The notes beneath the pieces are model-generated. The model was given only the letters and a program-made list of their open reading frames with translations. It did not search any database and was not told where the DNA came from. DNA of 64,000 nt from Paragordius varius (Eukaryota > Animalia > Nematomorpha). A program made the position numbers and the translations under genes. Numbering within the stretch: the stretch's first letter is position 1; each line of letters opens with the position of its first letter. This document shows positions 40,561-56,900 of the stretch, piece by piece. The stretch is taken from the NCBI GenBank assembly GCA_964247055.1, contig OZ176059.1, positions 3,596,001 through 3,660,000 of the forward strand, read 5' to 3'.

Positions 40561-42599
40561 CATTTAACCTATGAGATTAATTTTAAATCTTTCAGATAGA
40601 CTCTACAAATCAAAAAAGAATTGGTTACGTGCATTATTTAAGGTTGATTGTTGAATCAAAATCATTATGAATATGAATTCTATACAACAATTCAATAATG
40701 TTAAGAGCAAGTATCATTTTAAGACAAATACGTATTTAAGCTCAAATAAAAGACCAATTTTACCTATAAGATTAATTTTAAATCTTTCACATAGACTCTA
40801 CAAATCAAAAAAGAGTTGGTTACGTGCATTATTTAAGGTTGATTGTTGAATCAAAATCATTATGAATATGAATTCTATACAACAATTCAATAATGTTAAG
40901 AGCAAGTATCATTTTAAGACAAATATGTATTTAAGCTCAAATAAAAGACCAATTTTACCTATAAGATTAATTTTAAATCTTTCACATAGCTACAAATTAA
41001 AAATGAATTGGTTACGTGCATTATTTAAGGTTGATTGTTGAATCAAAATCATTATGAATATGAATTCTATACAACAATTCAATAATGTTAAGAGCAAGTA
41101 TCATTTTAATACAAATACGTATTTAAGCTCAAATAAAAGACCAATTTTACCTATAAGATTAATTTTAAATCTTTCACATAGACTCTACAAATCAAAAAAG
41201 AGTTGGTTACGTGCATTATTTAAGGTTGATTGTTGAATCAAAATCATTATGAATATGAATTCTATACAACAATTCATTAATGTTAAGAAGTATCATTTTA
41301 AGACAAATACGTATTTAAGCTCAAATAAAAGACCAATTTTACCTATAAGATTAATTTTAAATCTTTCACATAGACTCTACAAATCAAAAAAGAATTCGTT
41401 ACGTGCATTATTTAAGGTTGATTGTTGAATCAAAATCATTATGAATTTGAATTCTATACAACAATTCAATAATGTTAAGAGCTAGTATCATTTTAAGACA
41501 AATACGTATTTAAGCTCAAATAAAAGACCAATTTTACCTATAAGATTAATTTTAAATCTTTCACATAGACTCTACAAATCAAAAAAGAGTTGGTTACGTG
41601 CATTATTTAAGGTTGATTGTTGAATCAAAATCATTATGAATATGAATTCTATACAACAATTCAATAATGTTAAGATCAAGTATCATTTTAAGACAAATAC
41701 GTATTTAAGCCTAAATAAAAGACCAATGTTTTTAACTATAAGATTGCATTTTAAAATCCCGCCCATAGACTTTAAAAATCAAAAAAGAATCAGTTACGTG
41801 CATTATTCAAGGTTGATTCTTAAAATAGAATTCTATAATATAAGAATAATGTGAAGCGCAAGTATCATTTTAAAATGACAAATACGTATTTAAGCTCAAA
41901 TAAAAGACCAATTTTACCTATAAGATTAATTTTAAATCTTTCACATAGCTACAAATTAAAAATGAATTGGTTACGTGCATTATTTAAGGTTGATTGTTGA
42001 ATCAAAATCATTATGAATATGAATTCTATACAACAATTCAATAATGTTAAGAGCAAGTATCATTTTAATACAAATACGTATTTAAGCTCAAATAAAAGAC
42101 CAATTTTACCTATAAGATTAATTTTAAATCTTTCACATAGACTCTACAAATCAAAAAAGAGTTGGTTACGTGCATTATTTAAGGTTGATTGTTGAATCAA
42201 AATCATTATGAATATGAATTCTATACAACAATTCAATATTGTGAAGCGCAGGTATCATTTTAAAATGACAAATACGTATTTAAGCTTTAATAAAAGACCA
42301 ATGTTTTTACCTGTAAGATTAATTTTAAATCTTTCACATAGACTCTACAAATCAAAAAAGAGTTGGTTAGGTGCATTATTTAAGGTTGATTGTTGAATGA
42401 AAATCATTATGAATATGAATTCTATACAACAATTCAATAATGTTAAGAGCAAGTATCATTTTAAGACAAATACGTATTTAAGCTTAAATAAAAGACCAAT
42501 GTTTTTACCTGCAAGATTAATTTTAAATCTTTCACATAGACTCTACAAATCAAAAATGAGTTGGTTACGTGCATTATTTAAGGTTGATTGTTGAATCAA

Positions 42600-45500
42600 A
42601 ATCATTATGAATATGAATTCTATACAACAATTCAATAATGCTAAGAGCAAGTATAATTTTAAGACAAATACGTATTTAAGCCTAAATAAAAGACCAATGT
42701 TTTTACCTATAAGATTGCATTTCAAAATCCCGCCCATAGACTTTAAAAATCAAAAATGAATCAGTTACGTGCACTTTTTAAAGTTAATTGTTGAATCATA
42801 AAATACAATTCTATAATATAAGAAATCAATATTGTTAAGAGCAAGTATCATTTTAAGACAAATACGTATTTAAGCTCAAATAAAAGACCAATTTTACCTA
42901 TAAGATTAATTTTAAATCTTTCACATAGACTCTACAAATCAAAAAAGAATTGGTTACGTGCATTATTTAAGGTTGATTGTTGAACAAAATCATTATGAAT
43001 ATGAATTCTATACAACAATTCAATAATGTTAAGAGCAAGTATCATTTTAAGAAAATACGTATTTAAGCCTAAATAAAAGACCATTGTTTTTACCTATAAG
43101 ATTATTTTTAAAATCCCGCACATAGACTTTACAAATCAAAAAAGAATCAGTTACGTGCATTATTCAAGGTTGATTGTTAAAATAGAATTCTATAATATAA
43201 GAAATGAATAATGTGAAGCGCAAGTATCATTTTAAAATGACAAATACATATTTAAGATCAAATAAAAGACCAATTTTACCTATAAGATTAATTTTAAATC
43301 TTTCACATATACTCTACAAATCAAAAAAGAATTCGTTACGTGTATTATTTAAAGTTAATTGTTGAATCATAAAATAGAATTATATAATATAAAAAATCAA
43401 TAATGTTAAGCGCAAGTATCATTTTAAGACAAATACGTATTTACAAATAAAAGATTAATATTTTTGCCTATAAGATTATTTTTAAATCCTTCACATAGAC
43501 TCAACAAATCAAAAAAGAATTGGTTACGTGCATTATTTAAGGTTGATTCTTAAAATAGAATTCTATAATATAAGAAATGAATAATGTGAAGCGCAAGTAT
43601 CATTTTAAAATGACAAATACGTATTTAAGCTCAAATAAAAGACCAATTTTACCTATAAGATTAATTTTAAATCTTTCACATAGACTCTACAAATCAAAAA
43701 AGAGTTGGTTACGTGCATTATTTAAGGTTGATTGTTGAATCAAAATCATTATGAATATGAATTCTATACAACAATTCAATAATGTTAAGAGCAAGTATCA
43801 TTTTAAGACAAATACGTATTTAAGCTCAAATAAAAGACCAATTTTACCTATAAGATTAATTTTAAATCTTTCATATAGACTCTACAAATCAAAAAAGAGT
43901 TGATTACGTGCATTATTTAAGGTTGATTGTTGAATCAAAATCATTATGAATATGAATTCTAAACAACAATTCAATAATGTTAAGAGCAAGTATCATTTTA
44001 AGAAAATACGTATTTAAGCCTAAATAAAAGACCATTGTTTTTACCTATAAGATTATTTTTAAAATCCCGCACATAGACTTTACAAATCAAAAAAGAATCA
44101 GTTACGTGCATTATTCAAGGTTGATTGTTAAAATAGAATTCTATAATATAAAATGATCAATGTGAAGCGCAAGTATCATTTTAAAATGACAAATACATAT
44201 TTAAGCTTAAATAAAAGACCAATGTTTTTATCTGTAAGATTATTTTTAAATCCTTCACATAGACTCAACAAATCAAAAAAGAATCAGTTACGTGCATTAT
44301 TTAAGGTTGATTCTTAAAATAGAATTCTATAATATAAGAAATGAATAATGTGAAGCGCAAGTATCATTTTAAAATGACAAATACGTATTTAAGCTCAAAT
44401 AAAAGACCAATTTTACCTATAAGATTAATTTTAAATCTTTCACATAGACTCTACAAATCAAAAAAGAGTTGGTTACGTGCATTATTTAAGGTTGATTGTT
44501 GAATCAAAATCATTATGAATATGAATTCAATACAACAATTCAATAATGTTAAGAGCAAGTATCATTTTAAGACAAATACGTATTTAAGCTCAAATAAAAG
44601 ACCAATTTTACCTATAAGATTAATTTTAAATCTTTCACATAGACTCTACAAATCAAAAAAGAGTTGGTTACGTGCATTATTTAAGGTTGATTGTTGAATC
44701 AAAATCATTATGAATATGAATTCTATACAACTATTCAATAATGTTAAGAGCAAGTATCATTTTAAGACAAATACGTATTTAAGCCTAAATAAAAGACCAA
44801 TGTTTTTAACTATAAGATTGCATTTTAAAATCCCGCCCATAGACTTTAAAAATCAAAAAAGAATCAGTTACGTGCATTATTCAAGGTTGATTCTTAAAAT
44901 AGAATTCTATAATATAAGAATAATGTGAAGCGCAAGTATCATTTTAAAATGACAAATACGTATTTAAGCTTAAATAAAAGACCAATGTTTTTACCTGTAA
45001 GATTAATTTTAAATCTTTCACATAGACTCTACAAATCAAAAAAGAGTTGGTTACGTGCATTATTTAAGGTTGATTGTTGAATCAAAATCATTATGAATAT
45101 GAATTCTATACAACAATTCAATAATGTTAAGAGCAAGTATCATTTTAAGACAAATACGTATTTAAGCTCAAATAAAAGACCAATTTTACCTATAAGATTA
45201 ATTTTAAATCTTTCACATAGCTACAAATCAAAAATGAATTGGTTACGTGCATTATTTAAGGTTGATTGTTGAATCAAAATCATTATGAATATGAATTCTA
45301 TACAACAATTCAATAATGCTAAGAGCAAGTATAATTTTAAGACAAATACGTATTTAAGCCTAAATAAAAGACCAATGCTTTTACCTATAAGATTGCATTT
45401 TAAAATCCCGCCCATAGACTTTAAAAATCAAAAAAGAATCAGTTACGTGCACTTTTTAAAGTTAATTGTTGAATCATAAAATACAATTCTATAATATAAG

Positions 45501-47955
45501 AAATCAATATTGTTAAGAGCAAGTATCATTTTAAGACAAATACGTATTTAAGCTCAAATAAAAGACCAATTTTACCTATAAGATTAATTTTAAATCTTTC
45601 ACATAGACTCTACAAATCAAAAAAGAATTGGTTACGTGCATTATTTAAGGTTGATTGTTGAACAAAATCATTATGAATATGAATTCTATACAACAATTCA
45701 ATAATGTTAAGAGCAAGTATCATTTTAAGAAAATACGTATTTAAGCCTAAATAAAAGACCATTGTTTTTACCTATAAGATTATTTTTAAAATCCCGCACA
45801 TAGACTTTACAAATCAAAAAAGAATCAGTTACGTGCATTATTCAAGGTTGATTGTTAAAATAGAATTCTATAATATAAGAAATGAATAATGTGAAGCGCA
45901 AGTATCATTTTAAAATGACAAATACATATTTAAGATCAAATAAAAGACCAATTTTACCTATAAGATTAATTTTAAATCTTTCACATATACTCTACAAATC
46001 AAAAAAGAATTCGTTACGTGTATTATTTAAAGTTAATTGTTGAATCATAAAATAGAATTATATAATATAAAAAATCAATAATGTTAAGCGCAAGTATCAT
46101 TTTAAGACAAATACGTATTTACAAATAAAAGATTAATATTTTTGCCTATAAGATTATTTTTAAATCCTTCACATAGACTCAACAAATCAAAAAAGAATTG
46201 GTTACGTGCATTATTTAAGGTTGATTCTTAAAATAGAATTCTATAATATAAGAAATGAATAATGTGAAGCGCAAGTATCATTTTAAAATGACAAATACGT
46301 ATTTAAGCTCAAATAAAAGACCAATTTTACCTATAAGATTAATTTTAAATCTTTCACATAGACTCTACAAATCAAAAAAGAGTTGGTTACGTGCATTATT
46401 TAAGGTTGATTGTTGAATCAAAATCATTATGAATATGAATTCTATACAACAATTCAATAATGTTAAGAGCAAGTATCATTTTAAGACAAATACGTATTTA
46501 AGCTCAAATAAAAGACCAATTTTACCTATAAGATTAATTTTAAATCTTTCATATAGACTCTACAAATCAAAAAAGAGTTGATTACGTGCATTATTTAAGG
46601 TTGATTGTTGAATCAAAATCATTATGAATATGAATTCTAAACAACAATTCAATAATGTTAAGAGCAAGTATCATTTTAAGAAAATACGTATTTAAGCCTA
46701 AATAAAAGACCATTGTTTTTACCTATAAGATTATTTTTAAAATCCCGCACATAGACTTTACAAATCAAAAAAGAATCAGTTACGTGCATTATTCAAGGTT
46801 GATTGTTAAAATAGAATTCTATAATATAAAATGATCAATGTGAAGCGCAAGTATCATTTTAAAATGACAAATACATATTTAAGCTTAAATAAAAGACCAA
46901 TGTTTTTATCTGTAAGATTATTTTTAAATCCTTCACATAGACTCAACAAATCAAAAAAGAATCAGTTACGTGCATTATTTAAGGTTGATTCTTAAAATAG
47001 AATTCTATAATATAAGAAATGAATAATGTGAAGCGCAAGTATCATTTTAAAATGACAAATACGTATTTAAGCTCAAATAAAAGACCAATTTTACCTATAA
47101 GATTAATTTTAAATCTTTCACATAGACTCTACAAATCAAAAAAGAGTTGGTTACGTGCATTATTTAAGGTTGATTGTTGAATCAAAATCATTATGAATAT
47201 GAATTCAATACAACAATTCAATAATGTTAAGAGCAAGTATCATTTTAAGACAAATACGTATTTAAGCTCAAATAAAAGACCAATTTTACCTATAAGATTA
47301 ATTTTAAATCTTTCACATAGACTCTACAAATCAAAAAAGAGTTGGTTACGTGCATTATTTAAGGTTGATTGTTGAATCAAAATCATTATGAATATGAATT
47401 CTATACAACTATTCAATAATGTTAAGAGCAAGTATCATTTTAAGACAAATACGTATTTAAGCCTAAATAAAAGACCAATGTTTTTAACTATAAGATTGCA
47501 TTTTAAAATCCCGCCCATAGACTTTAAAAATCAAAAAAGAATCAGTTACGTGCATTATTCAAGGTTGATTCTTAAAATAGAATTCTATAATATAAGAATA
47601 ATGTGAAGCGCAAGTATCATTTTAAAATGACAAATACGTATTTAAGCTTAAATAAAAGACCAATGTTTTTACCTGTAAGATTAATTTTAAATCTTTCACA
47701 TAGACTCTACAAATCAAAAAAGAGTTGGTTACGTGCATTATTTAAGGTTGATTGTTGAATCAAAATCATTATGAATATGAATTCTATACAACAATTCAAT
47801 AATGTTAAGAGCAAGTATCATTTTAAGACAAATACGTATTTAAGCTCAAATAAAAGACCAATTTTACCTATAAGATTAATTTTAAATCTTTCACATAGCT
47901 ACAAATCAAAAATGAATTGGTTACGTGCATTATTTAAGGTTGATTGTTGAATCAA
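42600..47955 (+). repeat. Two near-identical copies of a 2678-bp 14-monomer higher-order repeat, with a partial third copy after 47956
   Basis: ORF-track offsets 44515/47193, 44710/47388, 45285/47963 and 42543/45221/47899 all equal 2678. Rare variants recur at that spacing. 14 TAC(G/A)TATT cores counted per unit. Confidence 0.9.
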
Positions 47956-50900
47956 AATCATTATGAATATGAATTCTATACAACAATTCAATAATGCTAA
48001 GAGCAAGTATAATTTTAAGACAAATACGTATTTAAGCCTAAATAAAAGACCAATGCTTTTACCTATAAGATTGCATTTTAAAATCCCGCCCATAGACTTT
48101 AAAAATCAAAAAAGAATCAGTTACGTGCATTATTTAAAGTTAATTGTTGAATCATAAAATACAATTCTATAATATAAGAAATCAATATTGTTAAGAGCAA
48201 GTATCATTTTAAGACAAATACGTATTTAAGCTCAAATAAAAGACCAATTTTACCTATAAGATTAATTTTAAATCTTTCACATAGACTCTACAAATCAAAA
48301 AAGAATTGGTTACGTGCATTATTTAAGGTTGATTGTTGAATCAAAATCATTATGAATATGAATTCTATACAACAATTCAATAATGTTAAGAGCAAGTATC
48401 ATTTTAAGACAAATACGTATTTAAGCTCAAATAAAAGACCATTGTTTTTACCTATAAGATTATTTTTAAAATCCCGCACATAGACTTTACAAATCAAAAA
48501 AGAATCAGTTACGTGCATTATTCAAGGTTGATTGTTAAAATAGAATTCTATAATATAAGAAATGAATAATGTGAAGCGCAAGTATCATTTTAAAATGACA
48601 AATACATATTTAAGATCAAATAAAAGACCAAATTTACCTACAAGATTAATTTTCAATCTTTCACATAGACTCTACAAATCAAAAAAGAATTCGTTACGTG
48701 TATTATTTAAAGTTAATTGTTGAATCATAAAATAGAATTATATAATATAAAAAATCAATAATGTTAAGCGCAAGTATCATTTTAAGACAAATACGTATTT
48801 ACAAATAAAAGATTAATATTTTTGCCTATAAGATTATTTTTAAATCCTTCACATAGACTCAACAAATCAAAAAAGAATTGGTTACGTGCATTATTTAAGG
48901 TTGATTCTTAAAATGGAATTCTATAATATAAGAAATGAATAATGTGAAGCGCAAGTATCATTTTAAAATGACAAATACATATTTAAGCTTAAATAAAAGA
49001 CCAATGTTTTTACCTGTAAGATTATTTTTAAATCCTTCACATAGACTCAACAAATCAAAAAAGAATCTGTTACGTGCATTATTTAAGGTTGATTCTTAAA
49101 ATAGAATTCTATAATATAAGAAATGAATAATGTGAAGCGCAAGTATCATTTTAAAATGACAAATACGTATTTAAGCTCAAATAAAAGACCAATTTTACCT
49201 ATAAGATTAATTTTAAATCTTTCACATAGACTCTACAAATCAAAAAAGAGTTGGTTACGTGCATTATTTAAGGTTGATTGTTGAATCAAAATCATTATGA
49301 ATATGAATTCTATACAACAATTCAATAATGTTAAGAGCAAGTATCATTTTAAGACAAATACGTATTTAAGCTCAAATAAAAGACCAATTTTACCTATAAG
49401 ATTAATTTTAAATCTTTCACATAGCTACAAATTAAAAATGAATTGGTTACGTGCATTATTTAAGGTTGATTGTTGAATCAAAATCATTATGAATATGAAT
49501 TCTATACAACAATTCAATAATGTTAAGAGCAAGTATCATTTTAAGAAAATACGTATTTAAGCCTAAATAAAAGACCATTGTTTTTACCTATAAGATTATT
49601 TTTAAAATCCCGCACATAGACTTTACAAATCAAAAAAGAATCAGTTACGTGCATTATTCAAGGTTGATTGTTAAAATAGAATTCTATAATATAAGAAATG
49701 AATAATGTGAAGCGCAAGTATCATTTTAAAATGACAAATACATATTTAAGATCAAATAAAAGACCAATTTTACCTACAAGATTAATTTTCAATCTTTAAC
49801 ATAGACTCTACAAATCAAAAAAGAATTCGTTACGTGTATTATTTAAAGTTAATTGTTGAATCATAAAATAAAATTATATAATATAAAAAATCAATAATGT
49901 TAAGCGCAAGTATCATTTTAAGACAAATACGTATTTACAAATAAAATATTAATATTTTTGCCTATAAGATTATTTTTAAATCCTTCACATAGACTCAACA
50001 AATCAAAAAAGAATTGGTTACGTGCATTATTTAAGGTTGATTAAAATAGAATTCTATAATATAAGAAATGAATAATGTGAAGCGCAAGTATCATTTTAAA
50101 ATGACAAATACATATTTAAGCTTAAATAAAAGACCAATGTTTTTACCTGTAAGATTATTTTTAAATCCTTCACATAGACTCAACAAATCAAAAAAGAATC
50201 AGTTACGTGCATTATTTAAGGTTGATTGTTGAATCAAAATCATTATGAATATGAATTCTATACAACAATTCAATAATGCTAAGAGCAAGTATAATTTTAA
50301 GACAAATACGTATTTAAGCCTAAATAAAAGACCAATGCTTTTACCTATAAGATTGCATTTTAAAATCCCGCCCATAGACTTTAAAAATCAAAAAAGAATC
50401 AGTTACGTGTATTTAAAGTTAATTGTTGAATCATAAAATACAATTCTATAATATAAGAAATCAATATTGTTAAGAGCAAGTATCATTTTAAGACAAATAC
50501 GTATTTAAGCTCAAATAAAAGACCAATTTTACCTATAAGATTAATTTTAAATCTTTCACATAGACTCTACAAATCAAAAAAGAATTGGTTACGTGCATTA
50601 TTTAAGGTTGATTGTTGAATCAAAATCATTATGAATATGAATTCTATACAACAATTCAATAATGTTAAGAGCAAGTATCATTTTAAGACAAATACGTATT
50701 TAAGCTCAAATAAAAGACCAATTTTACCTATAAGATTAATTTTAAATCTTTCACATAGACTCTACAAATCAAAAAAGAATTGGTTACGTGCATTATTTAA
50801 GGTTGATTGTTGAATCAAAATCATTATGAATATGAATTCTATACAACAATTCAATAATGTTAAGAGCAAGTATCATTTTAAGACAAATACGTATTTAAGC

Positions 50901-53900
50901 TCAAATAAAAGACCATTGTTTTTACCTATAAGATTATTTTTAAAATCCCGCACATAGACTTTACAAATCAAAAAAGAATCAGTTACGTGCATTATTTAAA
51001 GTTAATTGTTGAATCATAAAATAGAATTCTATAATGCAAGAAATCAATAATGTTAAGCGCAAGTATCATTTTAAGACAAATACGTATTTGAGCTCAAATA
51101 AAAGACCAATTTTACTTATAAGATTAATTTTAAATCTTTCACATAGACTCTACAAATCAAAAATGAATTGGTTACGTGCATTATTTAAGGTTGATTGTTG
51201 AATCAAAATCATTATGAATATGAATTCTATACAACAATTCAATAATGTTAAGAGCAAGTATCATTTTAAGACAAATACGTATTTAAGCTCAAATAAAAGA
51301 CCAATTTTACCTATAAGATTAATTTTAAATCTTTCACATAGACTCTACAAATCAAAAATGAATTGGTTACGTGCATTATTTAAGGTTGATTGTTGAATCA
51401 AAATCATTATGAATATGAATTCTATACAACAATTCAATAATGTTAAGAGCAAGTATCATTTTAAGACAAATACGTATTTAAGCTCAAATAAAAGACCAAT
51501 TTAACCTATGAGATTAATTTTAAATCTTTCACATAGACTCTACAAATCAAAAATGAATCAGTTACGTGCATTATTTAAAGTTAATTGTTGAATCATAAAA
51601 TAGAATTATATAATATAAGAAATCAATAATGTTAAGCGCAAGTATCATTTTAAGACAAATACGTATTTAAGCTCAAATAAAAGACCAATTTTACCTATTT
51701 TAAATCTTTCACATAGACTCTACAAATCAAAAAAGAATTGGTTACGTGCATTATTTAAGGTTGATTGTTGAACAAAATCATTATGAATATGAATTCTATA
51801 CAACAATTCAATAATGTTAAGAGCAAGTATCATTTTAAGAAAATACGTATTTAAGCCTAAATAAAAGACCATTGTTTTTACCTATAAGATTATTTTTAAA
51901 TCCTTCACATAGACTCAACAAATCAAAAAAGAATTGGTTACGTGCATTATTTAAGGTTGATTCTTAAAATAGAATTCTATAATATAAGAAATGAATAATG
52001 TGAAGCGCAAGTATCATTTTAAAATGACAAATACATATTTAAGATCAAATAAAAGACCAAATTTATCTACAAGATCAATTTTCAATCTTTCACATAGACT
52101 CTACAAATCAAAAAAGAATTCGTTACGTGTATTATTTAAAGTTAATTGTTGAATCATAAAATAGAATTATATAATATAAAAAATCAATAATGTTAAGCGC
52201 AAGTATCATTTTAAGACAAATACGTATTTACAAATAGAAGATTAATATTTTTGCCTATAAGATTATTTTTAAATCCTTCATATAGACTCAACAAATCAAA
52301 AAAGAATTGGTTACGTGCATTATTTAAGGTTGATTCTTAAAATAGAATTCTATAATATAAGAAATGAATAATGTGAAGCGCAAGTATCATTTTAAAATGA
52401 CAAATACATATTTAAGATCAAATAAAAGACCAAATTTACCTACAAGATTAATTTTCAATCTTTCACATAGACTCTACAAATCAAAAAAGAATTCGTTACG
52501 TGTATTATTTAAAGTTAATTGTTGAATCATAAAATAGAATTATATAATATAAAAAATCAATAATGTTAAGCGCAAGTATCATTTTAAGACAAATACGTAT
52601 TTACAAATAAAAGATTAATATTTTGGCCTATAAGATTATTTTTAAATCCTTCACATAGACTCAACAAATCAAAAAAGAATTGGTTACGTGCATTATTTAA
52701 GGTTGATTCTTAAAATAGAATTCTATAATATAAGAAATGAATAATGTGAAGCGCAAGTATCATTTTAAAATGACAAATACATATTTAAGCTTAAATAAAA
52801 GACCAATGTTTTTACCTGTAAGATTATTTTTAAATCCTTCACATAGACTCAACAAATCAAAAAAGAATCTGTTACGTGCATTATTTAAGGTTGATTCTTA
52901 AAATAGAATTCTATAATATAAGAAATGAATAATGTGAAGCGCAAGTATCATTTTAAAATGACAAATACGTATTTAAGCTCAAATAAAAGACCAATATTAC
53001 CTATAAGATTAATTTTAAATCTTTCACATAGACTCTACAAATCAAAAAAGAGTTGGTTACGTGCATTATTTAAGGTTGATTGTTGAATCAAAATCATTAT
53101 GAATATGAATTCTATACAACAATTCAATAATGTTAAGAGCAAGTATCATTTTAAGACAAATACGTATTTAAGCTCAAATAAAAGACCAATTTTACCTATA
53201 AGATTAATTTTAAATCTTTCACATAGACTCTACAAATCAAAAAAGAGTTGGTTACGTGCATTATTTAAGGTTGATTTTTGAATCAAAATCATTATGAATA
53301 TGAATTCTATACAACAATTCAATAATGTTAAGAGCAAGTATCATTTTAAGACAAATACGTATTTAAGCTCAAATAAAAGACCAATTTTACCTATAAGATT
53401 AATTTTAATCTTTCACATAGACTCTACAAATCAAAAAAGAGTTGGTTGCGTGCATTATTTAAGGTTGATTGTTGAATCAAAATCATTATGAATATGAATT
53501 CTATACAACAATTCAATAATGTTAAGAGCAAGTATCATTTTAAGACAAATACGTACTTAAGCTCAAATAAAAGACCAATTTTACCTATAAGATTAATTTT
53601 AAATCTTTCACATAGCTACAAATTAAAAATGAATTGGTTACGTGCATTATTTAAGGTTGATTGTTGAATCAAAATCATTATGAATATGAATTCTATACAA
53701 CAATTCAATAATGTTAAGAGCAAGTATCATTTTAAGAAAATACGTATTTAAGCCTAAATAAAAGACCATTGTTTTTACCTATAAGATTATTTTTAAAATC
53801 CCGCACATAGACTTTACAAATCAAAAAAGAATCAGTTACGTGCATTATTCAAGGTTGATTGTTAAAATAGAATTCTATAATATAAGAAATGAATAATGTG

Positions 53901-56900
53901 AAGCGCAAGTATCATTTTAAAATGACAAATACATATTTAAGATCAAATAAAAGACCAATTTTACCTACAAGATTAATTTTCAATCTTTCACATAGACTCT
54001 ACAAATCAAAAAAGAATTCGTTACGTGTATTATTTAAAGTTAATTGTTGAATCATAAAATAAAATTATATAATATAAAAAATCAATAATGTTAAGCGCAA
54101 GTATCATTTTAAGACAAATACGTATTTACAAATAAAAGATTAATATTTTTGCCTATAAGATTATTTTTAAATCCTTCACATAGACTCAACAAATCAAAAA
54201 AGAATTGGTTACGTGCATTATTTAAGGTTGATTCTTAAAATAGAATTCTATAATATAAGAAATGAATAATGTGAAGCGCAAGTATCATTTTAAAATGACA
54301 AATACATATTTAAGCTCAAATAAAAGACCAATTTTACCTATAAGATTAATTTTAAATCTTTCACATAGACTCTACAAATCAAAAAAGAGTTGGTTACGTG
54401 CATTATTTAAGGTTGATTGTTGAATCAAAATCATTATGAATATGAATTCTATACAACAATTCAATTATGTTAAGAGCAAGTATCATTTTAAGACAAATAC
54501 GTACTTAAGCTCAAATAAAAGACCAATTTTACCTATAAGATTAATTTTAAATCTTTCACATAGCTACAAATTAAAAATGAATTGGTTACGTGCATTATTT
54601 AAGGTTGATTGTTGAATCAAAATCATTATGAATATGAATTCTATACAACAATTCAATAATGTTAAGAGCAAGTATCATTTTAAGAAAATACGTATTTAAG
54701 CCTAAATAAAAGACCATTGTTTTTACCTATAAGATTATTTTTAAAATCCCGCACATAGACTTTACAAATCAAAAAAGAATCAGTTACGTGCATTATTCAA
54801 GGTTGATTGTTAAAATAGAATTCTATAATATAAGAAATGAATAATGTGAAGCGCAAGTATCATTTTAAAATGACAAATACATATTTAAGATCAAATAAAA
54901 GACCAATTTTACCTACAAGATTAATTTTCAATCTTTCACATAGACTCTACAAATCAAAAAAGAATTCGTTACGTGTATTATTTAAAGTTAATTGTTGAAT
55001 CATAAAATAAAATTATATAATATAAAAAATCAATAATGTTAAGCGCAAGTATCATTTTAAGACAAATACGTATTTACAAATAAAAGATTAATATTTTTGC
55101 CTATAAGATTATTTTTAAATCCTTCACATAGACTCAACAAATCAAAAAAGAATTGGTTACGTGCATTATTTAAGGTTGATTCTTAAAATAGAATTCTATA
55201 ATATAAGAAATGAATAATGTGAAGCGCAAGTATCATTTTAAAATGACAAATACATATTTAAGCTCAAATAAAAGACCAATTTTACCTATAAGATTAATTT
55301 TAAATCTTTCACATAGACTCTACAAATCAAAAAAGAGTTGGTTACGTGCATTATTTAAGGTTGATTGTTGAATCAAAATCATTATGAATATGAATTCTAT
55401 ACAACAATTCAATAATGTTAAGAGCAAGTATCATTTTAAGACAAATACGTATTTAAGCTCAAATAAAAGACCAATTTTACCTATAAGATTAATTTTAAAT
55501 CTTTCACATAGACTCTACAAATAAAAAAATAGTTGGTTACGTGCATTATTTAAGGTTGATTGTTGAATCAAAATCATTATGAATATGAATTCTATACAAC
55601 AATTCAATAATGTTAAGAGCAAGTATCATTTTAAGACAAATACGTATTTAAGCCTAAATAAAAGACCAATGTTTTTAACTATAAGATTGCATTTTAAAAT
55701 CCCGCTATAGACTTTAAAAATCAAAAAAGAATCAGTTACGTGCATTATTCAAGGTTGATTCTTAAAATAGAATTCTATAATATAAGAATAATGTGAAGCG
55801 CAAGTATCATTTTAAAATGACAAATACGTATTTAAGCTTAAATAAAAGACCAATGTTTTTACCTGTAAGATTAATTTTAAATCTTTCACATAGACTCTAC
55901 AAATCAAAAAAGAGTTGGTTACGTGCATTATTTAAGGTTGATTGTTGAATCAAAATCATTATGAATATGAATTCTATACAACAATTCAATAATGCTAAGA
56001 GCAAGTATAATTTTAAGACAAATACGTATTTAAGCCTAAATAAAAGACCAATGCTTTTACCTATAAGATTGCATTTTAAAATCCCGCCCATAGACTTTAA
56101 AAATCAAAAAAGAATCAGTTACGTGCATTATTTAAAGTTAATTGTTGAATCATAAAATACAATTCTATAATATAAGAAATCAATATTGTTAAGAGCAAGT
56201 ATCATTTTAAGACAAATACGTATTTAAGCTCAAATAAAAGACCAATTTTACCTATAAGATTAATTTTAAATCTTTCACATAGACTCTACAAATCAAAAAA
56301 GAATTGGTTACGGGCATTATTTAAGGTTGATTGTTGAATCAAAATCATTATGAATATGAATTCTATACAACAATTCAATAATGTTAAGAGCAAGTATCAT
56401 TTTAAGACAAATACGTATTTAAGCTCAAATAAAAGACCATTGTTTTTACCTATAAGATTATTTTTAAAATCCCAGCCATAGACTTTACAAATCAAAAAAG
56501 AATCAGTTACGTGCATTATTTAAAGTTAATTGTTGAATCATAAAATAGAATTCTATAATGCAAGAAATCAATAATGTTAAGCGCAAGTATCATTTTAAGA
56601 CAAATACGTATTTGAGCTCAAATAAAAGACCAATTTTACTTATAAGATTAATTTTAAATCTTTCACATAGACTCTACAAATCAAAAATGAATTGGTTACG
56701 TGCATTATTTAAGGTTGATTGTTGAATCAAAATCATTATGAATATGAATTCTATACAACAATTCAATAATGTTAAGAGCAAGTATCATTTTAAGACAAAT
56801 ACGTATTTAAGCTCAAATAAAAGACCAATTTTACCTATAAGATTAATTTTAAATCTTTCACATAGACTCTACAAATCAAAAATGAATTGGTTACGTGCAT

